Both the position numbers and the translations under genes were made by a program. The notes below the pieces were generated by a model that had not been told where the DNA came from, did not search any database, and saw only the letters and a list, made by a program, of their open reading frames with translations. 47,266 bases of DNA from Lutibacter sp. Its GTDB lineage: Bacteria > Bacteroidota > Bacteroidia > Flavobacteriales > Flavobacteriaceae. Where the stretch lies: NCBI GenBank assembly GCA_003516285.1, contig DPCK01000113.1, positions 1-47,266 on the forward strand, read 5' to 3'. This document shows, one piece after another, positions 46,501-47,266 of the stretch; the first letter of the stretch is position 1, and each line of letters begins with the position of its first letter.

Positions 46501-47266
46501 GCAGATAATTGCAGTACTGCGACGGTAACATTTGTGAAAGATGAAAATAATGGAAAATCTGGATGTTCAGGTGATGCTTATATAGTTACAAGAACATATA
46601 AAATAGCAGATGATTGTGAGAATTTTATTGAAGTAACACAAACAATCACTGTTGAAGCGGATGTAGTAACAGTAGATGATCCAGCAGACGTAACAGAATG
46701 TGAAAGCTATACTTTACCTGCATTGAATTCAGGTAACTATTTCACTGGTACAGGTGGAACAGGAACAGCATTATTTGCAAATGATGTTATTACAAGTTCA
46801 CAAACCATCTATGTATATGCTGCTTCAGCTAACAATGCGAATTGTACAGATGAAAATAGCTTCTCGGTAACGATTAATGCATTACCGGCTGCGCCAAGCG
46901 CACAGGATCAAACAGTTTGTGAAACAAATCCAATACAAACTTTAACAGCAACAGCAACCGTACCGGATGGCTTTAGCGTTGTTTGGTATGATGCAGAAAC
47001 GGGTGGAGATGTAGTTCCAAGTCCGAATTTAAACACCGTTGGTGCAATAACTTATTATGCAGAAAGCGTAAATGATGCTACAGAATGTACAAGCAGCAGC
47101 AGAACAGCAGTGACCTTGACCATCAATGCAGCGCCAGTTGCACCAGAAAGTGGAGGAGACCAAACAGTATGTTCTGATGGTACAACAACACAAACTTTGA
47201 CAGCGACAGCCACAGGCGGTACTATTACTTGGTACACGACTGAAACTGGCGGAAGTCCAATAGAAG
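43501..47266 (+). CDS. Giant secreted multi-Ig adhesin-like protein (PKD, SprB repeats, HYR-like repeats, P-domain-like insert, CHU-type Ig repeats), 3' truncated; probable T9SS cargo
   Basis: Open frame from ATG 43501 to the window end: [25 protein letters not shown] signal, [42 protein letters not shown] SprB repeats, [17 protein letters not shown] repeats, WYDAETGG repeats; absent from the ORF track because there is no stop in the window. Confidence 0.92.
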   Translation, partial: MKKITLINLATFLVLLFSTVVGYSQQVLITTSPTEEVGCNPAACVANDVEFGKVYLGDASGTPIVDCVAGQTLPPLYIWVQITKASSKWDLYFQFDLLINGVKKNIDGNDLIDDTKLLTIAIPGAIQVANYRMAEITNYVCGQSLELKNIYLSWDTSGQADGIPSCASTSKCSKNYQSGIVVITPIIADFSATPDCTTGAYQQVVYNSTGTGGSLNNSYSWSFGAGASPATANTFGPHTVTYSSGGDKTVTLTVTDLDNPTNTDTKTRTDVTVVACCTVTISSINRTNVLCYGNSDGTVTATHTGGVGLITYNLLYSATSGGVFTNASATDGDLDGSYTGLGVGFYKVVVTEGNGCNETSSEVEITQPSAALTSSISSQTNVDCFGNNNGSVTVAGANGTSPYTYAIDGITFGSSGTFSSLIAGSYTITVKDFNGCTKTQAVTITQPTAALSANATGESLYCEGDSDGDITLTVQGGTASYTYSWKKTGDNVTVVSTDQNPSGLSAGTYNVIVTDANGCTTTASATIIDGDGIDPVVTAPADYTLEGCDTNAILGRTYSEADVTVASPYTGLTIVETGTGIASVTYKDSKSGTCPIVVTRTFTVTDNCGNIGTDTQEISIIDTTAPTLSIPANAGIECTADITPSSLGMATATDNCDGTLTPSFTDGDCFGLENEKEVNAGGGIYQYFNISGMAGLNVNSIKSFNLTFETNQGKGRAEFILVAPNGKGIVLVGPYCAGGNCDDLDGGVEVYSPTFYPSTSVYPAWVNSDLIAEGLGNFEPNGGTSPNSGSITGLTNGLVSTFEALTAGMASLDGQWFVYSKKQENVNGNVRFISSCLTPALSASCANNDVIIREWTVTDACGNGATKNQVIVISDTTAPLVTGSITDTELEGCSISVAPAAVTTVAALEALIGNLSISDNCSADANLSVSSSDAVNGTCPIVITRTYKVTDECSNISVDIIHTIKINDTTKPTGTAPANITGLKKISDVPVPDVSLITDEADNCSTATVTFVKDENNGKSGCSGDAYIVTRTYKIADDCENFIEVTQTITVEADVVTVDDPADVTECESYTLPALNSGNYFTGTGGTGTALFANDVITSSQTIYVYAASANNANCTDENSFSVTINALPAAPSAQDQTVCETNPIQTLTATATVPDGFSVVWYDAETGGDVVPSPNLNTVGAITYYAESVNDATECTSSSRTAVTLTINAAPVAPESGGDQTVCSDGTTTQTLTATATGGTITWYTTETGGSPIE

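Noticed and set aside
695-47237. Many short antisense or out-of-frame ORFs in the track (e.g. 3872-4213, 21638-22024, 45765-46100)
   Set aside because: They lie within well-supported genes on another frame or strand and show no recognisable motifs; shadow ORFs

Overview
AT-rich chromosomal segment from a Flavobacteriaceae-type Bacteroidota. This is inferred from TAnnTTTG -7 promoter elements, a general lack of Shine-Dalgarno motifs and the gene content. From left to right: the end of the alternative complex III operon plus cytochrome c oxidase subunits II and I; ruvB; a sulfur/persulfide-handling cluster (two SulP, MBL-rhodanese, DoxX, rhodanese lipoprotein, Tll0287-like c-type haem protein, HMA protein) whose three promoters share a CRP/FNR-like box at a fixed distance from the -7 element; a TPP-riboswitch-controlled TonB-dependent receptor; the arfB/NadR-like/pnuC/GGGPS/PPTase block divergent from ahcY; comM/yifB; an ~11 kb TetR-led operon; LacI, penicillin acylase, DinB, ppc, tilS, pabB and lpdA; and the first ~1255 codons of a giant adhesin-like gene that the ORF track missed. 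The TetR operon (TonB receptor, alpha/beta hydrolase, Na+/solute symporter, SCP2-type thiolase, FabH-like protein lacking the His/Asn residues, acyl-CoA ligase, SDR, PHB-depolymerase-type esterase) reads as a candidate polyester (PHB / 3-hydroxyacyl-ester) utilization locus and is the best candidate for an undescribed system. No tRNA, rRNA, CRISPR, transposase or integrase was seen. All assignments come from motif recognition only; no database searches were run.
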